The notes: a model not told the origin generated them from the letters alone. 64,000 nucleotides of DNA from an uncultured Acidobacteriota bacterium (GCA_963741955.1 CAVUKB010000005.1:1344001-1408000); one strand, 5' to 3'. Counted from the stretch's first letter, positions 10,373 to 20,972 are shown. Translations and numbers: made by a program.

Positions 10373-10944
10373 AAGTCATTCATCTCAACCTCGCATCACG
10401 TCCGTATCGCGACTATCGGCCGGTCTGGGCGGTCGTCGCCGTGACCGGCGTCCTCTGTGCGGTTCTCCTCGTCTACAACGTCCAGACGGCATACCGGTAC
10501 CTCTCCAACACCGAGGATACCCGCGCCCGGATCGGAGAGCTCCAAGCCCAGACCGCGCGCGAACAACGTCTCGCGCGCACCGTGGCGGCGAAGACGGAGA
10601 AATTCGATCTTCGCGAGCTCAGCGAGCAGTCCCATTTCATCAATGGCGAGATCGAAGAACGCGCCTTTTCGTGGTCTGCGTTGCTCGACGATCTGGAGAG
10701 CGTCCTTCCCGGTGACGTCCACCTCACGAGCCTCAACCCCACCATCGATCCGAAAGGAGGGGTTCATCTGAATCTCACCTGCGTCGCCAAGAGTTCAGAC
10801 GGAATGGCAGAGCTCCTCCGTGGCCTTTTCGCCAGCCCTCGTTTCGAAAATCCGTTTCCGCAGGCCGAACAGACGCGTCCCGACGGATTCAACTTCACCA
10901 TGGTCGTCGACTACCTCCCGACCACCGGAGGGCCGGCCCGATGA
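10369..10944 (+). CDS. PilN-like protein
   Basis: N-terminal IHLNLASRP (INLL-like), one TM, coiled coil, WSALLDDLESVLPGDVHLTSL. GTG start overlaps the upstream stop (GTGA). Confidence 0.8.
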   Translation: MKVIHLNLASRPYRDYRPVWAVVAVTGVLCAVLLVYNVQTAYRYLSNTEDTRARIGELQAQTAREQRLARTVAAKTEKFDLRELSEQSHFINGEIEERAFSWSALLDDLESVLPGDVHLTSLNPTIDPKGGVHLNLTCVAKSSDGMAELLRGLFASPRFENPFPQAEQTRPDGFNFTMVVDYLPTTGGPAR

Positions 10945-11519
10945 TCTGGCGTGAAAAACGATGGCTGATCATCAGCCTCGGGATCCTTCTTCTGATCAAT
11001 CTGGTGTTCTTCTTCACCTACCGGCTTCGTTACCAGCAGCGGATCGAGGATCTCCAGAAATCGCTCGATCATTCGCGCACCGAGCTCGCCACTGCGCACA
11101 AGGCTCGGGTCAGTGCCGAAAAGCAGCTCGCGGGGCTCGAGGATGTGGAGAAAAACATCCGCACGGTACACGAGGAGATCTGGTCGACGCCCGACAGGCG
11201 GCTCACGTCGCTGATCACGGAGATCCGAAAGCTCGCGGTGCAGAGTCAGATCCATGGCCCGGACGGCATCAATTACGCGCAACTCAATACGAAGAGCGAG
11301 ACCCGGATCCTGGGCATCGCGTTCGGAGTGCGCGGCACCTACGATCAGATTCGACGTTTCCTGAATCTTCTCGAGCTGTCGGACCAGTTCGTGATCATCG
11401 ACCAGATCACTCTCTCCGGCCAGCACGGGGCCGAGCTGCAGCTGAGCATTGGTCTGAAGACGCTGTTCGACGACCCCGCCGCCTCTTCCGCTCCGAACCG
11501 CAGGAGGATCTCGGGATGA
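10941..11519 (+). CDS. PilO/GspM-like protein
   Basis: N-terminal TM, coiled coil, VRGTYDQIRRFLNLLE...IIDQITL PilO motif; ATGA coupling. Confidence 0.8.
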   Translation: MIWREKRWLIISLGILLLINLVFFFTYRLRYQQRIEDLQKSLDHSRTELATAHKARVSAEKQLAGLEDVEKNIRTVHEEIWSTPDRRLTSLITEIRKLAVQSQIHGPDGINYAQLNTKSETRILGIAFGVRGTYDQIRRFLNLLELSDQFVIIDQITLSGQHGAELQLSIGLKTLFDDPAASSAPNRRRISG

Positions 11520-12169
11520 ACTGGAAAGAGCGCAAGGTCTGGTTCATCCTCGCCGCCGTCGTGGTCGGGCTCTATGCCATCTACTCGTTCGCCGCACCCG
11601 AGCAGCCGGCCGCATCCGAACCGCCGAAGCCGCAGACCACCCGCACCGTGCGAGAGGAGTCCAGTATCATCGGATCGGTCGAACCGATCCGGCTCGATCT
11701 GCTCGAGCCGAAGAGCGGCGCATACAAGAGCTCGCGGAACCTCTTCGCGTTCGTGCAGCCGCCTCCTCCGCCACCACCGAAGGCTGCCCCTCCCCCTCCG
11801 CCACCTCCCGACCGTGACCGGGACGGCGTACCGGACTTCTCGGACAATTGTCCCGATACTCCCAATCCGGACCAGAAAGACATCGACAGGGACGGGATCG
11901 GAACGGCCTGCGAGAAGGAACCGGAGCTCGTTCCTCCGCCGCCTCCTCCGCAACCGCCGCCGTTCACCTACAAGTACATCGGGAACTTCGGACCGGAGCG
12001 GAAACAGATCGCGGTTTTCTCCAATGGAGACGAGATCCTCGACGTCCGGGAAGGGGAGATCTTCGGCGGGAACCGCTTCATTCTCCGAAAAGTCGGCCTC
12101 GAGTCGGCCGACATCGGCTTCGTTGGTTTTCCTCCAGAGCGGACGAAGCGGGTTGCGATCGGTCCATGA
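11516..12169 (+). CDS. Membrane-anchored PilP/GspC-like protein with thrombospondin type 3 repeats
   Basis: ATG 11516 follows AGGAGG and overlaps the upstream stop. TM, RNLFAF motif, poly-Pro, DRDRDGVPDFSDNCPDTPNPDQKDIDRDGIGTACE, then a C-terminal beta domain (YKYIG...IAVF...VREGE). Confidence 0.7.
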   Translation: MNWKERKVWFILAAVVVGLYAIYSFAAPEQPAASEPPKPQTTRTVREESSIIGSVEPIRLDLLEPKSGAYKSSRNLFAFVQPPPPPPPKAAPPPPPPPDRDRDGVPDFSDNCPDTPNPDQKDIDRDGIGTACEKEPELVPPPPPPQPPPFTYKYIGNFGPERKQIAVFSNGDEILDVREGEIFGGNRFILRKVGLESADIGFVGFPPERTKRVAIGP

Positions 12170-12249
12170 GCCGGAGTGACCTGCGCCTCGCTGCAACGTC
12201 TGAAATAACGAGTGACTCGCAAGAGAGCAAGAGACGGAAAGTGCATTTG

Positions 12250-14628
12250 ATGAAAAAATCGAAGTTCCTTCTTCTCATCATCCTCGTCGCGTCGATGGTC
12301 TCGTGCACGAGCTTCCGCGCCTATCAGAAGGCGCAGCAGTTCGCGAAGGTCGAGAACTGGGACCGGGCCGTCGAGGAGTACAGCAAGGCGCTCGAGGTCG
12401 ACCCCGGCAACATGAAGTACAAGATCGGACTCGAACAGGCGAAGCTGGAAGCCTCACGAGTGCACTTCGAGAAGGGGAAGAGCCTCCGCGCCGCGGGGCA
12501 CGACGATCTCGCGGCACTGGAATTCGAACTGACCGTGAAGCTCGATCCGACCAATCAGTACGCAGCGGTCGAGCTCGGGAAGGCGATCGCCGCCCTCAGG
12601 AGCGAATCGGAGGTGAGAGCCCACCGCTTCGAAGAGAAGCAGCGAAATGCCGATCAGATGAAGGCTCAGCCGCCGGAGCTGAATCCCGCGTCGAACGAAC
12701 CGATCTCTCTATCATTTCCGCACGAGACGCCGGTCAAGGACATCTACCGTTCGCTGGGAAACGCGTTCGGAATCAACATCCTGTTCGATCCGGCGGTGAA
12801 GGACGACAAGATCGCGATCGAGTTGCACGACGTGACTGCTCAACAGGCACTCGAGCGCGTGATGCAGGCAGCCAATCAGTTCTACAAGGTCCTCGACGAG
12901 AAAACCATCATCGTGGTTCCCGACACACCTCAGCTCCGGCGCCAGTACGAAGATCTGGTCATCCGGACCTTCTATCTCTCGAATGCCGATGCCGAGCAGG
13001 TGACCAACGTACTGCGGACCATGCTCGAAGCCCGCAACGTCTTCCCGCTCAAAGCTCTCAACGCAATCACCATCCGCGACACCGCCGACAAGGTGAAGAT
13101 CGCGCAGAAGATCATCGAAGCGAACGACAAGGCGAAAGCCGAGGTGGTGATCGACGTCGAGCTGCTGCAGATGGACGTCAAGAAGGCGCGGGACCTGGGC
13201 GCGCAACTGGTCGGCGCGAATGGCGCAGTCGGATTCGTCGGCGCGGACGGAGCGTCTCTCGGGGCGGTCCGCCTGAACGAGCTCGGACAGCTCTCCAGCA
13301 GCGATCTGAGTTTCACTCTCCCGTCGCTCGCCTACGGTTTCGTCAAGTCCACCACGAACGCCGAGCTGCTCGCGAAACCGCAGCTCAGGATCTCGGAAGG
13401 TGAGAAGGCGACCCTGACCATCGGCGAAAAAATCCCCGTTCCGGTGACTACCTTCACCGGGACGAACGTCGCGACGCCCGGAAATAGCGGGACGTTCGTT
13501 CCTTTCACCTCCTACCAGTATCAGGACGTCGGCATCAAGATCTCGATCGAGCCCCGCGTGCACCACAATCGGGAGGTCAGCCTCAAACTCTCGATCGAAG
13601 TCTCGAACCTGAGCGGCTATGCGCCGAACTCGAACCAGCCCATCATCGCCACTCGTACCATCGAGTCGATCATCCGGCTCAAGGACGGCGAAACGAACTT
13701 CCTTGCCGGGCTGATCCGGCGTGACGACACCTCTTCGAACGATGCGGTTCCGTTCCTCGGCGACATTCCTCTGATCGGAAGGATCTTCTCCCACGAGAAG
13801 AAAGATCATCAGGCCACCGATCTGGTCCTCACTCTCACACCGCACATCGTCCGCATTCCGGACATCACGGAAGAGGATCTCGCGCCGATGTGGGTCGGAA
13901 CGCAGAACAACATGACGTTCCGCGGCTTCTCTCCCCGGCTCGAGTCGAACGCCACCGCGGATCCGTTCGCGTCGGATCAGAATCAGCGTGCGCAGTTCTC
14001 CAACGACAACACCGGCACTCCTGCGATGCAGCAGGAACAGCCGCAGCCGGCCCAACCCCAACCGGCACAGCCCGGACCGATCCAGGGAACCGCGCCGAGC
14101 AGCCCGTTCCGCGAGACCCCTCCACCTCCGCCGCCGCCGACTCCCGAGAGCCAGAATGCAGCGCCGGGCACGTCGGTCAAGGCCGCTGCGTCCTCCGGAC
14201 CGGCCGGGCGTTTCTCGTTCGCGCCCCGAATCGCGGCACAGCCCTCGACCATGACCATCGAGCCTGGACGCGAGATGACCTGGGATCTCGTAGGGATGGA
14301 TCTCGAGGGCCTTTCCACCGAGCAGCTGGTCATCCACTACGATCCGATGGCGCTCGACATCGCTGCCGTCGATCTCGGTGACGCTCTCTCGATGACTCCC
14401 GATGCCTCACCCGTCGCGCAGCTGGATGCCGCAAACGGCACCATCACCATCGGCGTTCCCACCGGAGCCCGGCTGAAGTTCCGATCGGGTGGAGAGATTG
14501 CACGCATTCACGTGCGGGGAGGAGTCCGCGGGGTCACGTATCTCGCAGTGGATAATCCGGTGTTCGTCAATGCCGGAGGAAACGCGGTCGCCGCCGAGGT
14601 CACCGGCGGACGCGCCCAGGTTCAATAA
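12250..14628 (+). CDS. Secretin (GspD family) lipoprotein with N-terminal TPRs and a C-terminal cohesin-like domain
   Basis: Signal peptide ending SMVS|C, TPR helices, N domains, secretin core (LLAKPQL, DVGIKISIEPRVH, LKDGETNFLAGLI, VPFLGDIPLIGRIFS), Pro/Gln linker, beta-sandwich tail. Confidence 0.9.
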   Translation: MKKSKFLLLIILVASMVSCTSFRAYQKAQQFAKVENWDRAVEEYSKALEVDPGNMKYKIGLEQAKLEASRVHFEKGKSLRAAGHDDLAALEFELTVKLDPTNQYAAVELGKAIAALRSESEVRAHRFEEKQRNADQMKAQPPELNPASNEPISLSFPHETPVKDIYRSLGNAFGINILFDPAVKDDKIAIELHDVTAQQALERVMQAANQFYKVLDEKTIIVVPDTPQLRRQYEDLVIRTFYLSNADAEQVTNVLRTMLEARNVFPLKALNAITIRDTADKVKIAQKIIEANDKAKAEVVIDVELLQMDVKKARDLGAQLVGANGAVGFVGADGASLGAVRLNELGQLSSSDLSFTLPSLAYGFVKSTTNAELLAKPQLRISEGEKATLTIGEKIPVPVTTFTGTNVATPGNSGTFVPFTSYQYQDVGIKISIEPRVHHNREVSLKLSIEVSNLSGYAPNSNQPIIATRTIESIIRLKDGETNFLAGLIRRDDTSSNDAVPFLGDIPLIGRIFSHEKKDHQATDLVLTLTPHIVRIPDITEEDLAPMWVGTQNNMTFRGFSPRLESNATADPFASDQNQRAQFSNDNTGTPAMQQEQPQPAQPQPAQPGPIQGTAPSSPFRETPPPPPPPTPESQNAAPGTSVKAAASSGPAGRFSFAPRIAAQPSTMTIEPGREMTWDLVGMDLEGLSTEQLVIHYDPMALDIAAVDLGDALSMTPDASPVAQLDAANGTITIGVPTGARLKFRSGGEIARIHVRGGVRGVTYLAVDNPVFVNAGGNAVAAEVTGGRAQVQ

Positions 14629-14640
14629 GACGGAACGGTC

Positions 14641-15114
14641 ATGCGGAAACGAGCGAAAGGGGCAAAAGGCTTCACGGTCGCGGAACTGATCACCGTGGTG
14701 GTGATCATCGGGATTCTCGCGTCCATGGCCCTTCCCGTCGCCCGGTTCGGATTCCGCAGGCAGAAGGAGCTGGAGCTCCGGTCGCGCCTGCGACGGATCA
14801 CCGAAGCCATCGATCAGTATCACGACATGCGCGTGAAGAAGACCATCAAGGATCCTGAGGAAGTCGGCCAGAACGGCTACCCGAAAGACCTCGATGAGCT
14901 GGTGAAAGGTGTGGAAGACGTGAACGGGGTCAAGGTCAAGTTCCTGAGGCCCCGCGACCTGATCGACCCGATGACCGGACGCGCCGAATGGATCGTCCGA
15001 TCGACGTCGGACGACCTCGATGCCACGTCGACCGACGGAAACAACGTCTTCGATGTCCACTCAACGTCGACCGCTCTCGCTCTCGACGGAAAGACCCGGT
15101 ACAACGAATGGTAA
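14641..15114 (+). CDS. GspG-like pseudopilin
   Basis: KG|FTVAELITVVVIIGILA; KELELR...AIDQY...GYPKDLDELV...DPMTG. Confidence 0.9.
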   Translation: MRKRAKGAKGFTVAELITVVVIIGILASMALPVARFGFRRQKELELRSRLRRITEAIDQYHDMRVKKTIKDPEEVGQNGYPKDLDELVKGVEDVNGVKVKFLRPRDLIDPMTGRAEWIVRSTSDDLDATSTDGNNVFDVHSTSTALALDGKTRYNEW

Positions 15115-15614
15115 GCAAGCTGACTCGCAAACGGACGAAATCCCAGAAGGGATTCACACTGATCGAGATGATCGTGGTGGTGACGATCATCGGCATTCTC
15201 GCCGGAATCGCCATCGTCAATGTCATCGGTGCACAACGAAAAGCGGCGGAGAACGTCCTTCGGGCCGACCTCGCCTTGATGCGAAAAGCTATCGATGACT
15301 TCTACGCCGACCGCCAGCACTATCCGAGCTCTCTCCAGGAGCTCGTCGATACGCATTACATGAGGAAGATCCCGGTCGATCCCATCACCAAATCGGCCGA
15401 CAGCTGGGTCGAAGTCAAGGATACCGAGACTCCTGACGATTCGGGTTACGGCAGCGGCTCCTCCTGGGGATCCTCATCTTCCTGGACCTCCTCGGAAGTG
15501 GGAGGGAACGACAGCGGCAGCGACTTTCAGGCACCGCAGGGACCAGGGATGATCGACGTCAAGAGTGGTGCCGAAGGGAAGACACTCGACGGCACTCCTT
15601 ATGGAGAGCTGTAA
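15108..15614 (+). CDS. GspG-like pseudopilin
   Basis: QKG|FTLIEMIVVVTIIGILA; AIDDFYADRQHYPSSLQELV...IPVDPIT. Start moved to ATG 15108. Confidence 0.9.
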   Translation: MVSKLTRKRTKSQKGFTLIEMIVVVTIIGILAGIAIVNVIGAQRKAAENVLRADLALMRKAIDDFYADRQHYPSSLQELVDTHYMRKIPVDPITKSADSWVEVKDTETPDDSGYGSGSSWGSSSSWTSSEVGGNDSGSDFQAPQGPGMIDVKSGAEGKTLDGTPYGEL

Positions 15615-15617
15615 CGC

Positions 15618-16343
15618 GTGAACCGAACTGCAACTGGTGAATCCTCGGGAGTCTCGTCCCGCCCGGCCGGCGCGGCCGCTCCGAAACTCCCCTCCCCCTT
15701 CCGCCAGGAAGAGGGATTCACTCTGGCCGCACTTCTGGTGATCATCACCATCATCGGGGTTCTCGTCGCGTACACCGTTCCGCAGATGTGGTCGCAGGTC
15801 CTGAAACGGGACCGTGAGAAGCAGACGATCTTCGTGATGAGGCAGTACGCACAGGCCATTCAGAATTTTCAGGCGAAGCATGGAGGGCTCCCGACCAGCC
15901 TCGATCAGCTCTCCAAGCAGCAGAAGCCGCGGGTACTGCGCCAGCTCTACAAGGATCCTCTCACCGGAAAGCTCGACTGGATTCTCATCCCGATGGGGGC
16001 TCAAGTGCCGGGTGCTCCCGGGAGCGCCGTTCCGGGAGGTCCCGCCGCCCCCCGACGTCCTCAGAGGCCGGGGAACTCCGCTCCGGGAGAACAGCCGAAC
16101 AAGCCGCAAAACCTCGGGACGCCCGGCAAGCAGGTCGGTCCTTTCATCGGCGTCCGTCCGAACGCCACCGGTGACTCGTTTCTCACTCTGAATGGAGCGA
16201 ACCGGTACGAGGACTGGGTCTATACGATCTATGACCTGCAGAAGGAGAAGACTCCAGCCACCCCCACGCCTGGTACCCCTGTCGGTGCGGGTCCGGTGAC
16301 CGATCCGAACAGCCTCCCGAACGGGGGAAGGACCAAACCTTAA
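15618..16343 (+). CDS. Pseudopilin lacking E+5 (GspK/PilX-like position)
   Basis: EEG|FTLAALLVIITII; RDREKQ...LPTSLDQL...LRQLYKDPLTG...YEDWVY. Start uncertain. Confidence 0.8.
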   Translation: MNRTATGESSGVSSRPAGAAAPKLPSPFRQEEGFTLAALLVIITIIGVLVAYTVPQMWSQVLKRDREKQTIFVMRQYAQAIQNFQAKHGGLPTSLDQLSKQQKPRVLRQLYKDPLTGKLDWILIPMGAQVPGAPGSAVPGGPAAPRRPQRPGNSAPGEQPNKPQNLGTPGKQVGPFIGVRPNATGDSFLTLNGANRYEDWVYTIYDLQKEKTPATPTPGTPVGAGPVTDPNSLPNGGRTKP

Positions 16344-16431
16344 AATAACCAACGCCGCGTTCCGTCCACTTTTGCGGACAACGGACTCGGCAGAATAAAC
16401 TCGGCGGGAGTCCCGGTTCGAGAGGGCAGCT

Positions 16432-17718
16432 ATGAAGAAGAACGCTGTTCCACTCTACCGAGCCATCCTTCCGTCGGGACTGACGGTCCTGATCGAGACG
16501 CTGCCGTGGGTTCGCTCGGTCGCGCTGGGATATTACCTGCGGAGCGGGTCGGCGATCGAGACGCCGCAGTATGCCGGTGCGTCGCATTTCCTCGAGCATC
16601 TCGTCTTCAAGGGGACCGAGTCACGTTCGACGTCCGACATTGCCGCGGCCATCGACATGCTGGGGGGAGACGTCGACGCGTTCACCGGGAAGGAGTTCAC
16701 CTCCTTCTACGCCCATGTGCTCGACGAGCAGGTCGATACCGCGCTCGATCTCCTCACCGACATCGTCCTCAGACCGCGATTCACCGACGAGGATCTCGCG
16801 ATGGAGCGCGGGGTGATCCTCGAAGAGATCCGGATGGTCGAAGACACTCCGGACGATCTCGTGCACGAAATTTTCGTCTCTTCTTTCTGGCAGGACCATC
16901 CGCTTGGTCGCCCGATTCTCGGCACCGAGGACTCGGTAGTTGCACTCACCCGCGATCAGATCATGGCCCATTACGACGAGACGTTCATCCCGTCGAATCT
17001 GATCTTCTGCGCCTCCGGCAATGTCCGCCCCGAGCAGCTCGTCCCTTATCTCGAACGCCAGTTCGCCGCGGCGTCGCCGGCGTCCACGCAGCGAGTCTGG
17101 ACCCCGCCTCAACCGCGCCAGCATGTCCTGCTGAAGCAGAAGACGGAGCTCGAGCAGGTCCATCTCTGTCTCGGCAGTCGCGGCTACCCCCAGGAAGTCG
17201 AGGAGAGATACAGCGCGGCGCTTTTCAACACCGTTCTCGGTGGCGGAATGTCGTCGCGCCTGTTCCAGAAGATCCGTGAAAAGGAAGGACTCGTCTACAC
17301 CGTCCTTTCCTACCACAACGGCCATCTTGCGGGCGGATATGAAGCGGTCTATGCGGCGTGCAATCCGAAGAACCTTCGCCGGGTGCTTCAGCTCACGCTC
17401 AACGAGATGCGCGAGATCCGGAACTCGGGAATCACCGCCGAGGAGCTCGATGCGGCGAAGCGCCACCTGAAGGGATCCGTCCTCCTCTCCCTCGAATCGA
17501 CGGTCAGCCGGATGTCCGGACTCGCGAGGCAGGAGTACTACTTCGGGCGGCAGTTCACGCCAGACGACATGATCGAGCACGTCAACGCGGTGACGCTCGA
17601 AGATGTGCAGAGGGTCGCCCAGACCGTCGTCGACCCGGAGTCGGTGTCGCTCACTCTCCTCGGGAACCTGAAAACGCCGGGCGTTTCGATGGACTACCTT
17701 CGCCAGGCGGTGGCCTGA
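16432..17718 (+). CDS. M16 family (pitrilysin-like) zinc peptidase
   Basis: Inverted zinc motif HFLEH, LGGGMSSRLFQKIREKEGLVY. Confidence 0.95.
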   Translation: MKKNAVPLYRAILPSGLTVLIETLPWVRSVALGYYLRSGSAIETPQYAGASHFLEHLVFKGTESRSTSDIAAAIDMLGGDVDAFTGKEFTSFYAHVLDEQVDTALDLLTDIVLRPRFTDEDLAMERGVILEEIRMVEDTPDDLVHEIFVSSFWQDHPLGRPILGTEDSVVALTRDQIMAHYDETFIPSNLIFCASGNVRPEQLVPYLERQFAAASPASTQRVWTPPQPRQHVLLKQKTELEQVHLCLGSRGYPQEVEERYSAALFNTVLGGGMSSRLFQKIREKEGLVYTVLSYHNGHLAGGYEAVYAACNPKNLRRVLQLTLNEMREIRNSGITAEELDAAKRHLKGSVLLSLESTVSRMSGLARQEYYFGRQFTPDDMIEHVNAVTLEDVQRVAQTVVDPESVSLTLLGNLKTPGVSMDYLRQAVA

Positions 17719-17766
17719 GGCGTCGAGGAACGCAGAACGCCTCTGGCCCTGCCCCGTGCCGTCCGA

Positions 17767-19086
17767 TCAGTCGCCTGACGTATCGCCGTTCGCGCCCTGC
17801 TCGCTGGTGCCGGCTCCATTCGCTGTCCCGCCCTGATCGGATCCGTTCTGGTGGCGGGTGTCGATGAACTCGACCGGTATTCCCTTCGAGACCCGGTGGG
17901 CGAGATCTTCCGCGTCCCAGTTCGTAAGCCGCACGCACCCGTGCGACGTGGTGTATCCGATCGAGCTCGGATTCGACGTCCCGTGGATTCCGTAGTGTGG
18001 CTTGCTCAGATCCATCCACACCACGCCAACCGGCGAATTCGGCCCGGGATGAAGCCGGGCTTCGGGATCCGTGTCGGGAACTTCGTGGAACAGAGTTGGC
18101 TGGTAGTGGAACCACGGATCGAACGCGACCGCATCGATTTTCACCGTTTCATGGGGCGAGGGATCGTACTTGGATCCGAGGGTCGTCGGCGCATGAAAGA
18201 CGAGATTGCCGTTCGAATCGAATCCGTGCAGATACCATCCTTTGACCGAGATCACGATCTTCGCCACCTGCGGCTCGTTCTTCGGATTCACATCGAGAGC
18301 GACATCCGGAACGAATAGGTTCTGCCCCGACTGCAGATGATCGAAGTCGATGGACGGATTGATCGCAGCGAGAAAATCGCGGGTGGTGTGGAACTTTTCG
18401 CTGATCTTCTCGGCTGCGGACTCGTAGCAGAGGCAGTCGAGCTTTTCCTCTTCATAGACATCCGAAGGGATGTCGACGAAAGGCCCCTCGAGGTCCGACG
18501 ACGTCAGCTCATATTGATGAACCAGCGGCTCGTTGCCTCGGGCGCTCCAGAGATGCCGGAAGGTGGTCTCGTCGACGTCGCCCGTTGCATTGAGACCGTT
18601 GGCATCCTGAAACCAGTATACGGCGATCGCGCTGTTCTTTCCCCAACGTCCGTCGATCACTCCGGGCGAGAAGCCGGCGCGATCCAGCAGCGTCTGCACT
18701 CGAATTACCGACGGTCCGCTTTCGTCGCCGTCGATCGGCACGTGCATCGGCATGGTGTCGAGATGTCCCCAGTCGACCCCGTCCAGCTTTTCGCTCCACT
18801 CTTTCTCCTGAACGATCGGCGGGCTTTGCGAAGAAGCCGCCGCTCGAGATGCCTGCCGCGCGGCCTGAGCACGCTGACGGAATGACGCGAGGCGTCTCCA
18901 GTCCTGCTGAAACCGCTGCTGCTCCATCTCCTGCCGGGATGGATCAGGGCCGATCGGAACCTGGACGTCGGGTCCGGGACTCGCCTGCTGCGTGGTCGAA
19001 CCGCTCGTCCGAGTCTCGGTGCGGGTCGTCTGCTGACCGCAGGCCGAGACGAGAAGAACCAGCACCGGAATGATCAACTTTCTCAT
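17767..19086 (-). CDS. L,D-transpeptidase lipoprotein with peptidoglycan-binding domain
   Basis: Lipobox VSA|C; PG-binding [16 protein letters not shown]...FQ...GL; YGIHGT...SHGCVRL catalytic motif. RBS GGAGG before ATG 19086. Confidence 0.92.
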   Translation of the reverse strand: MRKLIIPVLVLLVSACGQQTTRTETRTSGSTTQQASPGPDVQVPIGPDPSRQEMEQQRFQQDWRRLASFRQRAQAARQASRAAASSQSPPIVQEKEWSEKLDGVDWGHLDTMPMHVPIDGDESGPSVIRVQTLLDRAGFSPGVIDGRWGKNSAIAVYWFQDANGLNATGDVDETTFRHLWSARGNEPLVHQYELTSSDLEGPFVDIPSDVYEEEKLDCLCYESAAEKISEKFHTTRDFLAAINPSIDFDHLQSGQNLFVPDVALDVNPKNEPQVAKIVISVKGWYLHGFDSNGNLVFHAPTTLGSKYDPSPHETVKIDAVAFDPWFHYQPTLFHEVPDTDPEARLHPGPNSPVGVVWMDLSKPHYGIHGTSNPSSIGYTTSHGCVRLTNWDAEDLAHRVSKGIPVEFIDTRHQNGSDQGGTANGAGTSEQGANGDTSGD

Positions 19087-19110
19087 GTGTCTGCCTCCGG
19101 GGTCTTGTAA

Positions 19111-19126
19111 AGCAAGGTCGTTGCCC
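19111..19126 (-). promoter_or_regulatory. Putative sigma54 (-24/-12) promoter of the L,D-transpeptidase gene
   Basis: GGGCAACGACCTTGCT: GG-N10-GC with TTGCT, just upstream of the RBS. Confidence 0.45.
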
Positions 19127-19202
19127 GCTGCGTTCGCTCCTTGACCGGTCACGACCGGCGTTGCTAGCATCACTATCGACGCGTCTGGCCTTTCCTCCGC
19201 AC

Positions 19203-20972
19203 ATGATCAGCTATCTGAAGGTTCGAAACCTTGCGATCGTCGAACAGCTCGAGATCGAACCGGGCAGCGGCCTGAACGTCCTGACCGGTGAGACGGGCGC
19301 TGGAAAGTCTCTACTCATCGACTCGCTCGAGTTTCTCTCCGGGGCAAGGGGATCGACCGATTCCATCCGAACGGGCGAAGAAAAACTCCTTGCAGAAGCG
19401 GTCTTCCACGTCCCCATGAATTCCGTTCGTGATGCTGCCGGGCTCGGCATCGAGCTGGAGCCGACCGGCGGAGACGAAGCGGAGATCATCGTACGGCGGG
19501 AGCTCGCGTCGAATGGCCGGGGCCGGGTGCAGGTGAACGGTGCAGCCATCCCGGTGCGTGATCTGGTCACGGTCACCGATCGTCTGCTGGAGATCCACGG
19601 ACAGAGCACGTCTCACGACAGGATCGCCGGACAGTCGTTCCGGGAGCTCCTCGACTCCTTTGCAGATCTTCGGGGGCTGGTCGATGAGACGCGAGGGGCT
19701 CACGTCCTGTGGCACGAAGCTGCCGAGGAACTGCGTCGCCTCGAGGAGGCGCACCGCGACCGCTCCCTCAAGCTCGATCTGCTGAAATACCAGATCGACG
19801 AGATCTCCGCCGCGAAACTCGAGGGAGGAGAGGAAGAGACGCTCCGCGGCGAACGAGCGGTCCTCTCCAATGCGCGGGAGATCAGTGAATCCACTGCGGG
19901 GGCGTACGAGCTGCTCGAAGGTGGCGACGAGTCTGCGACCTCGCAGATCGCACGGGCGGTCCAACTCCTCGCTTCACTCGCACGGGACATCGACGAGATT
20001 CGAGGCGTGCACGACCAGCTCGAGGAGATCCGGTACCGGCTGGAGGATCCCGCCCGGACGATGGCAGAGATGGCGGAGAACGTCCGTCACGATCCGGAAC
20101 GGCTGGAATGGATCGAGGAACGACTGGTCACCATCGAGAGATTGAAGAAGAAATACGGATCCACGGTGGGCGAGGTACTCGAGCATCTCGCCCGAAGCCG
20201 CGCCGAATACGAAGAGCTGGGAGACTACGAATCGAGCCTCGAACGGATCGCGGTGCGCGAACGCGAGGCGTTCGAGAGGTGGGCCGGACTGGCCCGGCAG
20301 CTTTCCGGACGCCGCGCTGCAGCCGCAGGGAGGCTGGAGAACGGCATTCAGAGGGAGCTGACCGATCTCGCGATGGAAGGGACCACCGTCTCCATCCATC
20401 TCTTCGTCTCCCGCCAGGAGGGGTCACGTCTCCAGATTGCGGGTGAGCCGGTCGCATTCGGCCCGGAAGGATTCGATCGGGTCGAGATCCTGATCGCTCC
20501 CAATCCCGGAGAAGAGCCCCGGCCGATCCAGCGGATCGCATCCGGTGGCGAGCTCTCTCGAATTCAGCTGGCGATCGCAGCCGCGATCTTCAAGAGCTCG
20601 AACCAGAGCTCGGGCGCGACCCTCGTTTTCGATGAGATCGATGCGGGAATCGGAGGTCGCGTCGCGGAAGTGGTTGGACGAAAGCTCTGCGAGCTCGCAG
20701 CGGGCAATCAGGTGATCTGCGTGACTCACCTCCCCCAGATCGCGAGCCTCGGTACCACCCACTTCCGGGTGTGGAAGGAAAGCGAGTCGTCACGAACTCT
20801 GGTGCGGATCGAATGCCTCAGAAGCCGCGATGAGCGGATCGCAGAGATTGCCCGGATGCTCGGCGGCGAGGCGATCTCCGAATCGGCGACCGCACACGCA
20901 GCCGCGCTTCTCGATCGCGCCGATCGTCCCCCGAGGAAGCGGTCCGGCGCCAGAAGTGTTTCGAGCGTCTGA
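19203..20972 (+). CDS. recN: DNA repair protein RecN
   Basis: [10 protein letters not shown], long coiled coil, [32 protein letters not shown]. Confidence 0.97.
   Translation: MISYLKVRNLAIVEQLEIEPGSGLNVLTGETGAGKSLLIDSLEFLSGARGSTDSIRTGEEKLLAEAVFHVPMNSVRDAAGLGIELEPTGGDEAEIIVRRELASNGRGRVQVNGAAIPVRDLVTVTDRLLEIHGQSTSHDRIAGQSFRELLDSFADLRGLVDETRGAHVLWHEAAEELRRLEEAHRDRSLKLDLLKYQIDEISAAKLEGGEEETLRGERAVLSNAREISESTAGAYELLEGGDESATSQIARAVQLLASLARDIDEIRGVHDQLEEIRYRLEDPARTMAEMAENVRHDPERLEWIEERLVTIERLKKKYGSTVGEVLEHLARSRAEYEELGDYESSLERIAVREREAFERWAGLARQLSGRRAAAAGRLENGIQRELTDLAMEGTTVSIHLFVSRQEGSRLQIAGEPVAFGPEGFDRVEILIAPNPGEEPRPIQRIASGGELSRIQLAIAAAIFKSSNQSSGATLVFDEIDAGIGGRVAEVVGRKLCELAAGNQVICVTHLPQIASLGTTHFRVWKESESSRTLVRIECLRSRDERIAEIARMLGGEAISESATAHAAALLDRADRPPRKRSGARSVSSV

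Noticed and set aside
11757-11960. CCG/CCT-rich repeats
   Set aside because: They encode poly-proline linkers; not CRISPR or a mobile repeat.
10961-12249. Long N-terminal extensions given by the ORF track for the TSP3 protein and the secretin
   Set aside because: They overlap upstream genes; internal ATGs (11516, 12250) give proper TM or signal peptides.
822-14337. Long antisense or alternate-frame ORFs (e.g. 822-2192, 4204-6303, 7803-9269, 12712-14337)
   Set aside because: Shadow ORFs of high-GC genes; they overlap well-supported CDSs and carry no recognisable motifs.
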